Shown: piece after piece, positions 1-12,098 of the stretch
Numbering within the stretch: the stretch's first letter is position 1
Layout of the letters: the number at the start of each line of letters is the position of its first letter
From: Eledone cirrhosa
Taxonomy: Eukaryota
Assembly (NCBI GenBank): GCA_964016885.1
Contig: OZ024743.1
Span: forward strand, 349,618,001-349,682,000
DNA length: 64,000 bases
Reading direction: 5' to 3'
Notes under the pieces: generated by a model
What the model was told of the DNA's origin: nothing
Databases searched by the model: none
Seen by the model: only the letters and a program-made list of their open reading frames with translations
Made by a program: the position numbers and the translations under genes

Positions 1-1200
1 CAGGAACGGTACTCCACCACCGTTTCCGACACCTCGCTCGCTTCGAATTGTGTCGTCAAGTGCTGCCGAAAAGCCGCGCCTAATTACTTGATGTCGATCA
101 GACCGAATTGTGACTTTGTTGTCATGTTGGATCTTTGCCACTCGAGTACATCGAACAGCTTTCGTTAGCTCGTTTCTTAGAACACGCTCCTTAGCTCTGA
201 CAGTGCAACCTTTATGTTTCGCATTGAAGAAATGATCTAATGATATTATCGCATCTAGAACGTCTGTTGCAATGACACTCCTAATAGCCTCTTCTATGTT
301 TTTTCATCGCTATTTCTTTACTAAACGCTATTAGTTCTAATCTAATCGCTCTCTTGAGAGTGTCCCACCGCGTGGTGATGATTGCTCCTGTCAAACGGTG
401 CCTAACTAATGTGCTAATCCCGTTGATGTAGGTATTACACGCCGTGAAAGACGGTTTAAGATTCAATTAACCGGGTCCTTGTATATGTGTTCTACCTAGA
501 TCGAACATGTAGATCACGAAATTGTGGTCTAACATGTGACCGTTTGAAATTATGAAGGCTCTATGTTATCTTTGTCTGTTATACACATGAATAACCTATC
601 TAAATAGGATCTAGGTGGTCCTCTGAAATTAGTTCAAGTTCACACTGGTTCATTCGGGAAATCTAGGCTGTACCTGTCAGACAGTTGGAACTGGTTAATG
701 AGGTTCTTGAAACCTTTGAGTCTACTCCACATATTGTCTACTCCAACAGAGTCCCAGCGTACATCCACGATGCATTTACTGACCCCGCTAACAGTAATGG
801 GTGAGACGCTAACAGAAAACCTTCCAGGTGCCTGAAGTAATCAGACCATCCTGTCCCAATTGGGACTTAGACGAACACCAGTCAAAAAATATAACCTTCG
901 GCTATTTTTCGAGTGCAGGAGTGTCGTCCACACTTCGAGATTTAGAGCTTTCCTAAACAGCATCACCACCCTGCCTCCTATTCCGGGCTGATTGAGAGAT
1001 GCATAGATCTCAAAGTCATTAAGAAGAGGAGCTAGTGCGCGCGAGTCTAAAATTATGGACACACTGATGGCTACGTACCGTCTCCGGGCTGTTGCATATC
1101 GGTTGGTTCGATCTCCATATATGGTTGGGGCTTCTTTGGAAATCCCTTTAAAAGCCTACGCGTTGCTTTTACATTAGGGGTTCCAACACCGTTGGGGAAG
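1..1200 (-). pseudogene. Decayed L1/Tx1-type LINE, APE endonuclease region
   Basis: Minus-strand fragments LLNDFEIYAS...GGRVVMLFRK and DH...GPG*LNLKPSF resemble the GVxxL and SDH..GPGYWKLN motifs of Tx1 APE domains; many stops and frameshifts. Confidence 0.55.
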
Positions 1201-1360
1201 CTCTCTGTCATACCTGTAAGAACATGCCTGTTAATAATAGAGTTTGGTGTATTTTGAATGTACATATGCCAAATATTTCTCCCTCCGTCATGTTCAATGA
1301 CTGCTTGGTGTCGGGTGACGTACCGCATTGGTTGGCAAAATGTACAACCGTTCTAATAAT

Positions 1361-1548
1361 TGTTTCTACTTTTGACACAAGGCCAGCAATTACCCAAGTG
1401 CATTACTGGTGCTTTATTTTATCGACCCCGTAAGGATCAAAGGCAAAGCTAACCTCACCGGAATTTGAACTCAGAACGTAAAGCGCCATAACTCTATGCT
1501 GCAAAGCATGGTGTCCAATGCTCTACCAATACTGCCAATTCACCACCC
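1361..1548 (-). mobile_element. tRNA-derived SINE (octopus-type, Meta/MESC-like central domain)
   Basis: Reverse complement has box A-like TGGCAGTATTGG, box B GAGTTCAAAT and the central GCCTTTGATCCTTACGGGGTCGATAAAATAAAG; 20-bp TSD. Confidence 0.85.
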
Positions 1549-1568
1549 TGTACAACGGTTCTAATAAT

Positions 1569-1766
1569 GATTTCTAGTAAAGGCACAAGGTCAGTAATTT
1601 GTGCGAGGGGAAAGTCGATTAAATCGACCCCAGTACGTTACTGGTGCTTTATTTTATCGACTCCGCAAGGATGAAAGCAAAGTTGAACTCAGAACATAAA
1701 GGGCCGCAACTCTATGTTGCAAAGCATGGTTTCCGACTCTCTACCGATGCTACCAAACTACCACCC
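1569..1766 (-). mobile_element. tRNA-derived SINE, long-tail subtype with internal deletion
   Basis: Same family, with the extra GTCGATTAAATCGAC hairpin segment; flanked by the same TSD. Confidence 0.8.
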
Positions 1767-2013
1767 TGTACAACGGCTCTAATAATAAAAGACCAATCTA
1801 AGGGAAATGATGTTACCAACTATAAGCCTATCACATGTCTGTCTATGATGTGTAAATTACTAACAAGTATTATGTCTGAGGAAATCTACCACCACCTCGA
1901 CATAAACAACATATTGCCGGAGGAACAGAAAGGATGCCGAAAGAAGTCCCGTGGTAGAAAAGCCCTGTTACTTATTGACAAAATTATGATCCCTTTGCCA
2001 TGAAAGAGTAAAA

Positions 2014-2049
<36 letters not shown>

Positions 2050-2053
2050 CAGC

Positions 2054-2088
<35 letters not shown>

Positions 2089-2110
2089 AAGTAGTAGTAG
2101 TAGTAGTTGC

Positions 2111-2172
<62 letters not shown>
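2014..2172. repeat. (TAG)n microsatellite
   Basis: Direct reading. Confidence 0.95.
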
Positions 2173-2173
<1 letters not shown>

Positions 2174-4236
2174 TGTTGTTGTTGTTATCGTTATTTTAAT
2201 TGTTGTTATTTTGTTATTGGTTGATGTCGATAATAATGCTTTTTATTGTTCTTTTGAATTGATAAAGTAGATGTTATTCTATTTTTTAGCGATATTAATT
2301 GTTCCTTTCACCGATTCTTTACCCTGGTCTTTATCAGAGTGTAATATATGAATCAAAACTTTACTGTATTTTACAATACAGGACACAAAACAAGTATACA
2401 AGAAATCTCCCATATATCTTCTATCTCCCCTCTTCCTGTTTCTCTCTCCCCACCCACATTCACACACGCACATTTTCTTTCACATCACGTGTCGACAATT
2501 TAGTTGGTCTTATTCTTAATTGTATTCTATATTTTACCTATTTATATTTTCCTCAAAATAATACCCCCTACCCACCCATTTCTAACCCCTTTTCTTGCTA
2601 TTATATTCGAGACATTTTAGTCGATTTCTCCAACCCCCATGTCTTTTAGTTTCATTTATCACTTTTGTCGTCATATTCACCAGTAAACTGGTGCCTTTCA
2701 TTTCAACTGAATTGTTTCTCATTCAATAATTTCTTACTCGCCTTGTTCTTTGCAATTTCTCCTGCTTCAATGTGATGTTTATTGTCAAGACTGGACATGT
2801 GACTTCCGCTATTTACTTGCCAGATCAAGGCTTTACGACTTACATTGACAGAATCTCAAATGGCTGCCACAAAATTACGCATAGGTACACACATACAAAC
2901 ATACAAAGAAACGCGCGCGCGCACGCACACACACACACACACGATACACACACTCACACACAACATACACACAATTACCAGCTTACACTCAAACACACTC
3001 ACACAAACACGCGTGAAACGCACACGCGCACACGCAGATGCACACACACTCAGTGTATGCCATTCTCCAGCTGAATGTCACTCTAAGTCGATAGTGAGAA
3101 TGCCATGTATATGTTCATATTCCATTTCTGGGGGATCGTGAGTGTTACTATTTCATTTGCTCCTAATATTCAGCTTGCAAAAAAGCAAGATCAATTAAAC
3201 ACAGACACAGTCACACACACACACGCAAACAAACACACGCGCACGCGCACATACATACATACAGACAGATATCTATGTATATCTATATATATAAAAGCGA
3301 GGATGTGTGTGTTTGTGTGTGTGTCTGTGGACAACTTTAGACAGCTAAGACTTTTACAATTCCCAACCGAATTTGACCAAATTTCCGTGCACGCTGCACC
3401 TGTCGCTAAGATGGTCACATCACAAAGATTTTTTAAATCGCCCCACGTTGAGCAATAAAAGATCACATGCCTGTGTCAGCAAACCCAGAAAAACTAAAAT
3501 CCTTATGGGATTTTCAAACCCAAGGCAACGCCGGGTAAATCTGCTAGTATATAACTATAGTAATTTCCAATTGTTGAATGGGAAGGTTCTATCGATTTTA
3601 CTGTTGATTTTCCGTTGTATTTGTCCTGTGCGTTGTCCTAATTTGGATTCATATATGAAAGTTTTAGCTAAGCGGGAGTGATAGAATTCATCAAACAATA
3701 GAATTACAAAGCCCAGGCTCCCTTCCTATATTTACCCATCCTAACATTTCTCTGCCGCTGTGTCATTTTCCCTTTTATGTATATTGGACACAATTCCATA
3801 TATTTTTACGAATTTTTCTCCTTTGGCTAAGCTACCAAAGTTTCTATATCTCTCGTTGACATTAGTTTGTTGTATATTTCCTCTATTTCCTCAACATTTG
3901 TTCAATTCTCCGAAACTCACAACTTGCCCTGAGTCTACTTGTTTTGGTGCGTCACAATGTGCATTGGAATGAATAGTATCATTCCAATGTTCCTTTGTAC
4001 AATGAAATATATTGATTTCATGCGGTTGACAGAGGAGAAGTCAGACTGTTTTCCCGTTGCTTTTGTCCGGTGCACCCCATGCTTTGCTTATATACAGGAT
4101 GTCCCCCAAAAAATGTATACACATATTTATTAGAATTCTGATGAAGTGTGTATACATTTTGGAGACACACACTGTATATATATACATATATATATATATA
4201 TATACATACAAACACACACACACACATACACACATA

Positions 4237-4267
<31 letters not shown>

Positions 4268-4268
4268 A

Positions 4269-4310
4269 CTGATGAAGGGTCATCACCCAGAAACATTAGT
4301 GTATGCAGTT
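4269..4310 (+). ncRNA. Hammerhead ribozyme core (type I, stem I 5' arm lost)
   Basis: CTGATGA-a-GGGT-catc-ACCC-a-GAAA-cattagtg-TA, starting directly at a (TA)n run; stem I pairing is weak. Confidence 0.5.
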
Positions 4311-4433
4311 CTTTTTGAATGCCAACACAAGAGCGAGAATGAAGGGCTCATTCTACTGACCTGGCTTATAAAAGAGGGTGTTTGCATAATTGCAAACGAA
4401 TCGTATATTATAATTAATATTCGAAAAACTCAG

Positions 4434-4570
<137 letters not shown>

Positions 4571-4581
4571 TGTATAGAAGG

Positions 4582-4632
4582 AGCTTCTACAGGACTAGAA
4601 CTGTTTCATTCAGATGAAATCTTCAGGAACCT
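4582..4632 (-). ncRNA. Hammerhead ribozyme (type I)
   Basis: aggttc CTGAAGA tttcatctgaat GAAA cag-ttctagtc-ctg TA gaagct; one stem I mismatch. Confidence 0.75.
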
Positions 4633-5023
4633 GGGTGTCATATTAAGTTCTGGTATTTATTAGATTTAAAGCCGTACATCTCATTATTGGTAGATGCTAC
4701 ATCAGGGTGGTCGAAAAAGAACGATCTCCATCTAATTCCTTTGATGAATTCATCAGTCCGTCTAATGAGGGCTTTTAGGTACTGTTTCCTTGGTGGGATA
4801 GGAATGTTCTTCAAGGAGGTATTGAGGTCGATTCTTGTCAGCATATTTTCTTGTAGATGGTTTTAGGGGCACTAGGGTGTGCTTGGATACGTAGGTCCTG
4901 GGTTGAGTCGGGGATAACCACAGTAAGTAAGGTACTCAATACATGGCAGCCTGATGTAGCATCTACCAATAATGAGATGTACGGCTTTAAATCTAATAAA
5001 TACTAGAACTTAATATGACACCC

Positions 5024-5074
5024 AGCTTCCTGAAGATTTCATCTGAATGAAACAGTTCTAGTCCTGTAGAAGCT
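5024..5074 (+). ncRNA. Hammerhead ribozyme (type I)
   Basis: agcttc CTGAAGA t-ttca-tc-tgaa-t GAAA cag-ttctagtc-ctg TA gaagct; 6-bp stem I, GUA site. Confidence 0.85.
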
Positions 5075-5146
5075 CCCTCTATACAATAAATATACTTTAC
5101 TCTGCCATGTATTGAGTACCTAACACACACACACACACACACGAAC

Positions 5147-5698
5147 CGGCAAATCACTGATGAGGGACGTATTTTATTACATGTTACCATGTGCTACCTG
5201 CAGTATTTTTCTATATATTTTAATACATATATTTACCACCTCGATTCTGTGTTTTTTTCTCTCTCTCTTACTGTTCCCCCATTCTCTCTGTTTCTCCCCC
5301 TCTGTCTTGTCCGTTAACTCTTCCTCACACTTTCACTCACTCACTGTTTTTCTCCCTCTTCTCTTCATTTCATCCTGCACTCACGGACGCTATTTTTTCT
5401 CTCTCTGCTCAATGGCCTTCGTTCGTGCTGGCACTATTCTCTAAGCGCTCATATATTCACCTAGCTTACGCTAACAGAATAATTTTTGAAGCTTGTTTCT
5501 CTCCCACGGTATGCTATATTTTCTGTTGTTCTCCTGTCTCACTCGCTTTACGCGTTTTAATTGTCCTAATAACTTATTTTGGTTATTATTGCACCGAAGT
5601 GAGATATATGATTTTTAATGCAATGAAATATATATGATCTTCGGCAAATCACTGATGAGGGACGTATTTTATTACATGTTACCATATGCTACCTGCAG

Positions 5699-5706
<8 letters not shown>
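5147..5706 (+). repeat. Terminally redundant ~495-bp unit
   Basis: ~65-bp direct repeat at 5147 and 5642, each containing CTGATGA. Confidence 0.7.
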
Positions 5707-5754
<48 letters not shown>

Positions 5755-5932
5755 CGTGAACCTAATAAACTCATATTTGTACTGCCTCTCTGTTTTTGTT
5801 CCCGTCCAAGTTTTAACTATATATATGTATGAATAGGAATCCCCGGTTCAATTGTAGGTAGCTACAGTAAGTAAGGTACTTCTGTTGATTGACACAACTG
5901 GGACAGTCGTAATCGGGAATTATGTAGGATAT

Positions 5933-5976
<44 letters not shown>

Positions 5977-6268
5977 AGTTTTTCTATCTGTCTGATGACT
6001 TAATATCTCTCTGTTGCTTTCCTCTGTTTTTCTTATTTCTTTCTTTCCTCCTGTCTTTATTTATCTCTTTCTTTTTTCTCCATGCTTTTCTCTCTCCGAT
6101 ATTTCTTTCTCTCTCTCCGTCTTTTTCTCTCCGTCTTTTTCTAATTGTCCTTAACACTATGACTTATTAAAATAATATAAACAACTCACTATCCAGACGG
6201 CTTCCAAAAATAATGGTTGCATTTTAAAAGGGTACGTCAAAGCTTATTTGTAAAACTGTTATATATTG

Positions 6269-6333
6269 TATTTTGTCTGGTGAAGGCATACCATTATTTA
6301 ATTTGGTATCCCTGAAATATGTATAATGAAATA
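6269..6333 (+). ncRNA. Degenerate hammerhead (A6G)
   Basis: tattttgt CTGGTGA agg-c-atacca...tggtat-c-cct GAAA tatgta TA atgaaata. Confidence 0.6.
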
Positions 6334-6400
6334 AATATGGTTTTATAAATATAGTTTCCATTTATTAATATCGTATATATATATATATATATTTATATAT

Positions 6401-7157
6401 ACTATAGAATAAAGCATGTCCAGATAATTATTTGATAATATATATACATCATCTCTACTCCCAATCAGCATAATTAACCACACAAAAAATCAATTAGACC
6501 AGGCTATAAGAATAAAAGGCATCTATGAAGAAACAGTAAATAAATACGCTATCGTGGCGTCTTCGCGTGCAAGTGCTATAGAATATTTAGCCAACTTTTC
6601 AACAGCACGTGGAAATTAATTAAATATACGGTTAACCATACATAATCAAGTAAAAATTAATGTTAGAAATGCTTATATACATACCAGGATTAAATCACAA
6701 AATCCCGACCCTTTGGTTTCGCTCACTTTTGAGATACCTTATTTAAGGTTCATACTCGAGTTTAGAGCTCTTCAGGGGATAAACTCACTAGGACATATTA
6801 TTTTCTGAAGTAGCCCCCGCCAAATACGAATTCAAAATGGTTGAGAACTGTGACGTGGCAGTGGTCAAGTCTGGAAGGGTGTGAATGGTTGCTTACGGCG
6901 AGTGGGTTGGTTGCTAGAAAGCGCAGCCCAATATCACCCAAATTTTTATCTCAATCTTATGGGAGATTATTAAATATAAATATTTACACATAGACCAATT
7001 AAACAAAGTCACAGGTATATATGTGTTTTTGCAACTTTTCACGATGTGGCTCAATGGAGAATTAATAAATTAATCAGAGCGAAATACTATAGAGTAAAGC
7101 ATGTCCAGAGAATTATTTGATAATATATATACATCATCTCTACTCCCAATCAGCATA
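6401..7157 (-). mobile_element. Retrozyme-like ~685-bp unit with ~70-bp terminal redundancy
   Basis: Direct repeat 6401-6472 / 7086-7157; canonical HHR inside; no ORF; flanked by (TA)n. Confidence 0.65.
6702..6780 (-). ncRNA. Hammerhead ribozyme (type I, fully canonical)
   Basis: atccc CTGAAGA gctc...gagc GAAA cc-aaag-gg TC gggat; G10.1-C11.1, GUC site. Confidence 0.9.
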
Positions 7158-7161
7158 CATA

Positions 7162-7209
<48 letters not shown>

Positions 7210-7347
7210 ATGTCCTACAGAAGTACCTTACTTACTGTAGCTACCTACAATTAAACCCGGGATTCTTATTCATACATATATATAGTTAAAACATGGACGG
7301 GAATAAAAACAGAGAGGCAGTACAAATAAGAGTTTATTAGGTTCACG

Positions 7348-7399
<52 letters not shown>

Positions 7400-7736
7400 C
7401 GTGTAAGTGTGTGTACATACATACATACGTTCGTATATATATAGAGAGATGTTTATATGGATATGTTTTTTTTTTATGAGTTAAATTCCAGAGTGCTGTT
7501 TCTGACGTGAATTGTATATATATATATACGTAACTCAGAATAACACATGTCAAATACTCAGCTATCCATATAAAAAGTATTAATTCATACTTAAATGTAT
7601 CTATACATACACCCATGCCTACATAGACACCTATGTGCATACTTACACACATGCAGATATATGTCTATTTGGATGAAAATAGATGCGAATATTTTCACGC
7701 ATAGTTCTGTAGTAACCTGGAACACAATTCTGATAA

Positions 7737-7921
7737 TTGTTTCTACTTTAGGCACAAGGCAAGCACTTACCCAGTGCATTACTGGTACTTTATTTTATCG
7801 ACCCCGTAAGGATGAAAGGCAAAGTCATCCTCGGCGGGATTTGAACTCAGATCGTAAAGGGACGTAACTATGCTGGAAAGCCTGGCGTCCGACCCTCTAC
7901 CGATACTGCCAATCCACCGCC
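7737..7921 (-). mobile_element. tRNA-derived SINE
   Basis: Full family match; TSD aattctgataat. Confidence 0.88.
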
Positions 7922-8392
7922 AAAATTCTGATAATGATACAATATAACAGACATACATATGATATCCAAAATTCATGGTCTACAAAGCTTGAGTTATTAT
8001 CTGAAATATTTAGAAGTGGATGATGATGCTGATACGCTGACACTCCAAGAACATAACATAAAATGATGTTTACTTGACGAGAAACTTTTGTGTTCCTTCT
8101 ATTGCCTGGTTATTTTGAGTTCATCAGATAAGAATATTATTAACGAGAATGTCATATTTATATATTAGTCATGGATAATTAAGAAAGTAAGTGGCAGCTT
8201 GGCAAAGACATGGTTTAACCTTAGCATACGTCTCCTCGACAAGGCCTCCTTGAAAATGTAACCGATACTCTGTGCTTGTTTTGTACACACACATAGATTT
8301 TCTCTCGCACACTCACACAGAGGAACAGACAGACAGACACACACACACACACACACACACACTCACTCACACATGTATATACATATATATAT

Positions 8393-8454
<62 letters not shown>

Positions 8455-8458
<4 letters not shown>

Positions 8459-8661
8459 ATCAGATAGGGTGTGGTAAAAGGCCAGGTGGACCATAACCCA
8501 CCAAAGTACTCGATACTTGGGGTAGTAGAGTGGGTAATATGAAAAGATTCAGGACCCTGACGGCTGATCTCCGGCCGTTTCGAGACTTAAATCCGAATTA
8601 CTCGGATTTAGATGTCGAAACGGCCGGTGCTCAGCCGGTGGGGCCCTGTATCTTTTCATAT
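8455..8661. mobile_element. Fold-back PLE pLTR fragment (palindrome 8537-8661, half-hammerheads)
   Basis: Both arms carry GAAA-CGGC..GCCG stem III sequence but no CTGANGA; same family as 14142-14250 and 25475-25692. Confidence 0.7.
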
Positions 8662-8786
8662 TTATATATTAATACATATATAAAGAGAGGGGGTGGGTAG
8701 AACACTGGAAGGTAATATCCGTATTGGTGGAGCACTCAGTCCATGGGATGAGTTTGGTAGTAGTAACACAACAGTTAGTTCACCAT

Positions 8787-8828
8787 ACCTAAAACAATTG
8801 TTTCACCTTATGCAGATCTTCAGCTCGG
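8787..8828 (-). ncRNA. Hammerhead ribozyme in PLE pLTR fragment (~8698-8885)
   Basis: ccgag CTGAAGA tctgcataaggt GAAA caattg TT ttagg; homologous to the 15115 copy. Confidence 0.65.
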
Positions 8829-10235
8829 ACTGGTCATGGTTATAGGGAACAGGAAGAACAACCGTATGAATGTGCATGCGCAAAAATATGGAAAGGAATC
8901 TATATTCGTAAATAGTAAATTAAAGATCTATTATAATAGATATTGATCTAGATTTAAACTTAACATTTCACGTATTTGTCACATCTCCAACGCGAAATTC
9001 TACGGCTAAACCAACTATTTGTTTGGTGGATCTTGAACCTCAGTGAAGAATGCGAGCAATGTATTCGTTTTTCTATAATGTTATATTGTTGTTAGAATGT
9101 TACAGCCCATTCGTAGCAGCAAATTTAAATGCTGGAGACCTACCTACGTAGTCTAGATAAAGACAGGATTTCTCCGAGCTATATTTCGACAAATATACTT
9201 TGTAACAGCTACTCAGAATTAATATAATGGGCAGCGGTATTGAATATGAATCAATTAGAATTTTAGACAATAAATCCTAATTTGTTATGCACCTTTATTG
9301 TTCTGATTTAGCCGAGAATGACAGCGCCATTCCAGCTTGGACCAACCCTGTTCTTTTGTAGACACACCAATTGAGACCATATTATCCAAAATCTCTTTTT
9401 TGTTAGAAGACAGATATTTCTAGCAAGTTGAATGACTACATAGAAGCTGCTTTTCGTGTAGCGATGTGAATATATATTTCATTTCAGTAACTGTCATATC
9501 AAGAGTTATCACTATATTAGATACAAGGACACATGTAAGAGTACATTTTCAGTTTACTTGATCCCAGTAATCATTTAGATATTTATTTATTTTATATAAT
9601 TCATTTTCTGAATTAAAGATTTTGTTGGTCATAGCTTTTCAACGGGATATTTATTGCTGAGCTGCTAATCTGGTGGCGAGAGAGGAGTGGACCCCCATCT
9701 TTTTCCACGAGGAGTGTTGTAGTTATTCGAAACATCTGGGACACTTGCCGTCGTAAACAATGGAGCGGCATTCCATTCCATTATAAGAGTCATTCTTATT
9801 AATAACTTGAAGCAAGCTGCGTTTGTAGTGTCGTTTCAGCCACATTCCATCTTTGCAAATTAGAACTAAGTTAATCCATATGTTCTTTATAATATGAGAG
9901 TTGGTCAAGTTACTGCGGTATGAGATCGAACATGTAACTCCCTTATTGCTAAATAATTATCTTAACCAAAAAACCATGATAACAATATCTCATTGTTATC
10001 ATGTAAAGTGGCGTAATTAGCGGCCACATTTTATGATATATTGGGTGTCTAATCCATGGAACTTTGATTTATCACGATAATAGGACATTTATTTAACAGC
10101 ATAGAAAATAATTCTATACAACCTTGTGGTAATACCACTTAGAGAAAAGTGCCAGTTGAGAAAAGGAGTGATATCTCGAACTAGATTAACTTCCTTCAAT
10201 TGAACTAGGAACGTTCAGTGTGTGTTTATATATAT

Positions 10236-10520
10236 GGGTTAGTGATTAGAGAAATGGATTCAAAATCGTGTGGTTGTGATTTCGGTTTCCGGAACGGGTT
10301 TTGCGGTGTGTCCTTCAGCAAGACAATTTATTTCACGTTGCCCTAGTTCACTCAGCTGTGGAAATGAGTTGCCACGTCACTGATGCCAAGCTGTATCGGC
10401 CTTTGCTTTTCCCTTGGACAGCATCAGTGACGAAGAGAGGTGCGACTGCAGGTCTTCCACAAAAACCCTTTACCTAGGTGTGTGTCTTGGGGGGGATCAT
10501 TCTAGCAGCAAACACATGGT
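10236..10520 (+). mobile_element. Second, older tRNA-derived SINE family
   Basis: Degenerate A/B boxes followed by GTGTCCTTCAGCAAGACAATTTA and CACTCAGCTGTGGAAATGAG, resembling conserved SINE central domains. Confidence 0.55.
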
Positions 10521-11440
10521 TATTTGCGACCATCTCAACCCGTATTTTGGGGTTGACAAACACGTGAAAACAATTCAATACTAAAGTAGAGAATATATAG
10601 TCATCATATAACGCAGATTACTCTCTGTTGCTAGGCTGAGTTTCCAAGATTGCCGCTGATCACGTATCTGGAAATATTTTTCATATAATAAAGTACATAT
10701 GGCAAATCTGTAGCAAAACTCTGCAGGCCAACGCATTATATGTTCTGCATGTATATATATATATACGTATGTACTTTCAGAGTGTAAATATATCCATATA
10801 TGTGCATATCTTGGACTTTACTGCGTTGTTACAGTATGTTCCACTTTATGTATGCATAATACACGAAATTTAAGTTAAAGTTTTAAGAATAGATAATTAA
10901 GTAAATAATAAGGAAAGGTAACTTCTGGTAACGTGCGTGTGTATTTTAAGAATGCATACTACACAAGATTGTGTGTGTGCTTGTGTGCGTGTAATATGCA
11001 TACACGAAACATAACACGTTACTCTTTCATGTTATTCACTTCATTATATATTTTTAAGCCCTTAAATTTTACTTCATTTTATTATATTATATATTTTATT
11101 TCATCATATTCACCCATTTACTAACAAATTCATTTAACTATATACGCATTTCCTTCTATATAACCCATTTTATATTTTCTTAAAACTACTCCTTTAACGT
11201 CTACGCCCTGTCTGTACATAGTCTTATCCCTCGCCTCCTCCACCCTCTATTCCTAAGACCATTATACAACTATCCTCCTATTCTGCTCCTAACCACTAAC
11301 AACACCTAGCCCTACCCACATAATTTCTTCTCATGACCCTAGCCTCTCTAGATACAATTACACCCCCCCCCCCACATATTCATCTCTTCCTATCCATCAA
11401 TCTAGCATACCACAATGACAAATTTGACCATAGCACTACC

Positions 11441-11527
11441 ATGTCTAATAACGGATTTTTACACACTCTGCAAAAATCCACACACCCAAACAAACAAGCT
11501 GAAACCGCTTGACGCCGCGGTCGACAT
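11441..11527 (+). ncRNA. Degenerate hammerhead
   Basis: Stem I atgtc/gacat and GAAA ccgc-ttgacgcc-gcgg TC are intact; core decayed to TAATAA; partial inverted copy at ~11611-11651. Confidence 0.5.
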
Positions 11528-11651
11528 TTTATGTATCTCGATACTCACTCCCATCTCCCCATGCATTGAGTACTCCCATTATTAGTGTTTGTTCAGTAAA
11601 CCTTGCCGAAAGTGTGGGAATTTGTGCAGGGTGTGTAAAATTTCGTCACTA

Positions 11652-11842
11652 GGGCGGTGAATTGGCAGTATCGGTAGAGGGTTGGACGCGCACGCTTTCT
11701 AGCATAGTTACATCCCTTTACGGTCTGAGTTCAAATCCCGTCGAAGTTAACGTTGCCTTTCATCCTTACGGAGTCAATAAAATAAAGTATCAGTAATGTA
11801 CTGGGTATTTGCTGTCCTGATGCCAAAAGTAGAAACAATTAT
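11652..11842 (+). mobile_element. tRNA-derived SINE
   Basis: GGGCGGTGAATTGGCAGTATCGG...GAGTTCAAATCCC...AGAAACAATT. Confidence 0.88.
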
Positions 11843-12018
11843 TAGTAGTTTCCTCAGATTCAGCATCACAGACCATCTATATATATATATATATATAAAA
11901 GACGTAAAATAAGAAAATTTTTTTTAAAAAATTTTTTAAAAAATTAACTTACTTACTTAAATTTTCACTCCAACTAATTAGTGTCCGCGCATCGCCTGGA
12001 GACTCGGCTGAGAATGAC

Positions 12019-12098
12019 CTCCCTGATGACGCAATGAAATTCTCAACAGTTCATTACGTAACTGTCTTTATCCCATTGCAGAAACTAATTAGTTGGAG
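12019..12098 (+). ncRNA. Hammerhead ribozyme in PLE pLTR fragment with inverted tail (11897-11983 / 12084-12170)
   Basis: ctcc CTGATGA c-gcaatg...cattgc-a GAAA ctaattag TT ggag; palindromic stem III. Confidence 0.8.

Larger units (their letters stand above)
1270..2003 (+). pseudogene. R4/Dong-type non-LTR retrotransposon RT fragment interrupted by two SINEs
   Basis: FNDCLVSGDVPHWLAKCTTVLII (to 1360) continues as TTALIIKDQSKGNDVTNYKPITCL...LPEEQKGCRKKSRG...LLIDK (from 1767), typical R4/Dong RT motifs. Confidence 0.75.
5751..7351. repeat. Inverted repeat arms (5751-5938 / 7203-7351) enclosing nested insertions
   Basis: taagcgtgaacctaataaac...cagtaagtaaggtacttctg is the reverse complement of 7218-7351. 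Confidence 0.85.

Noticed and set aside
8080-8135. Minus-strand CTGATGA
   Set aside because: No downstream GAAA-stem III-UH.
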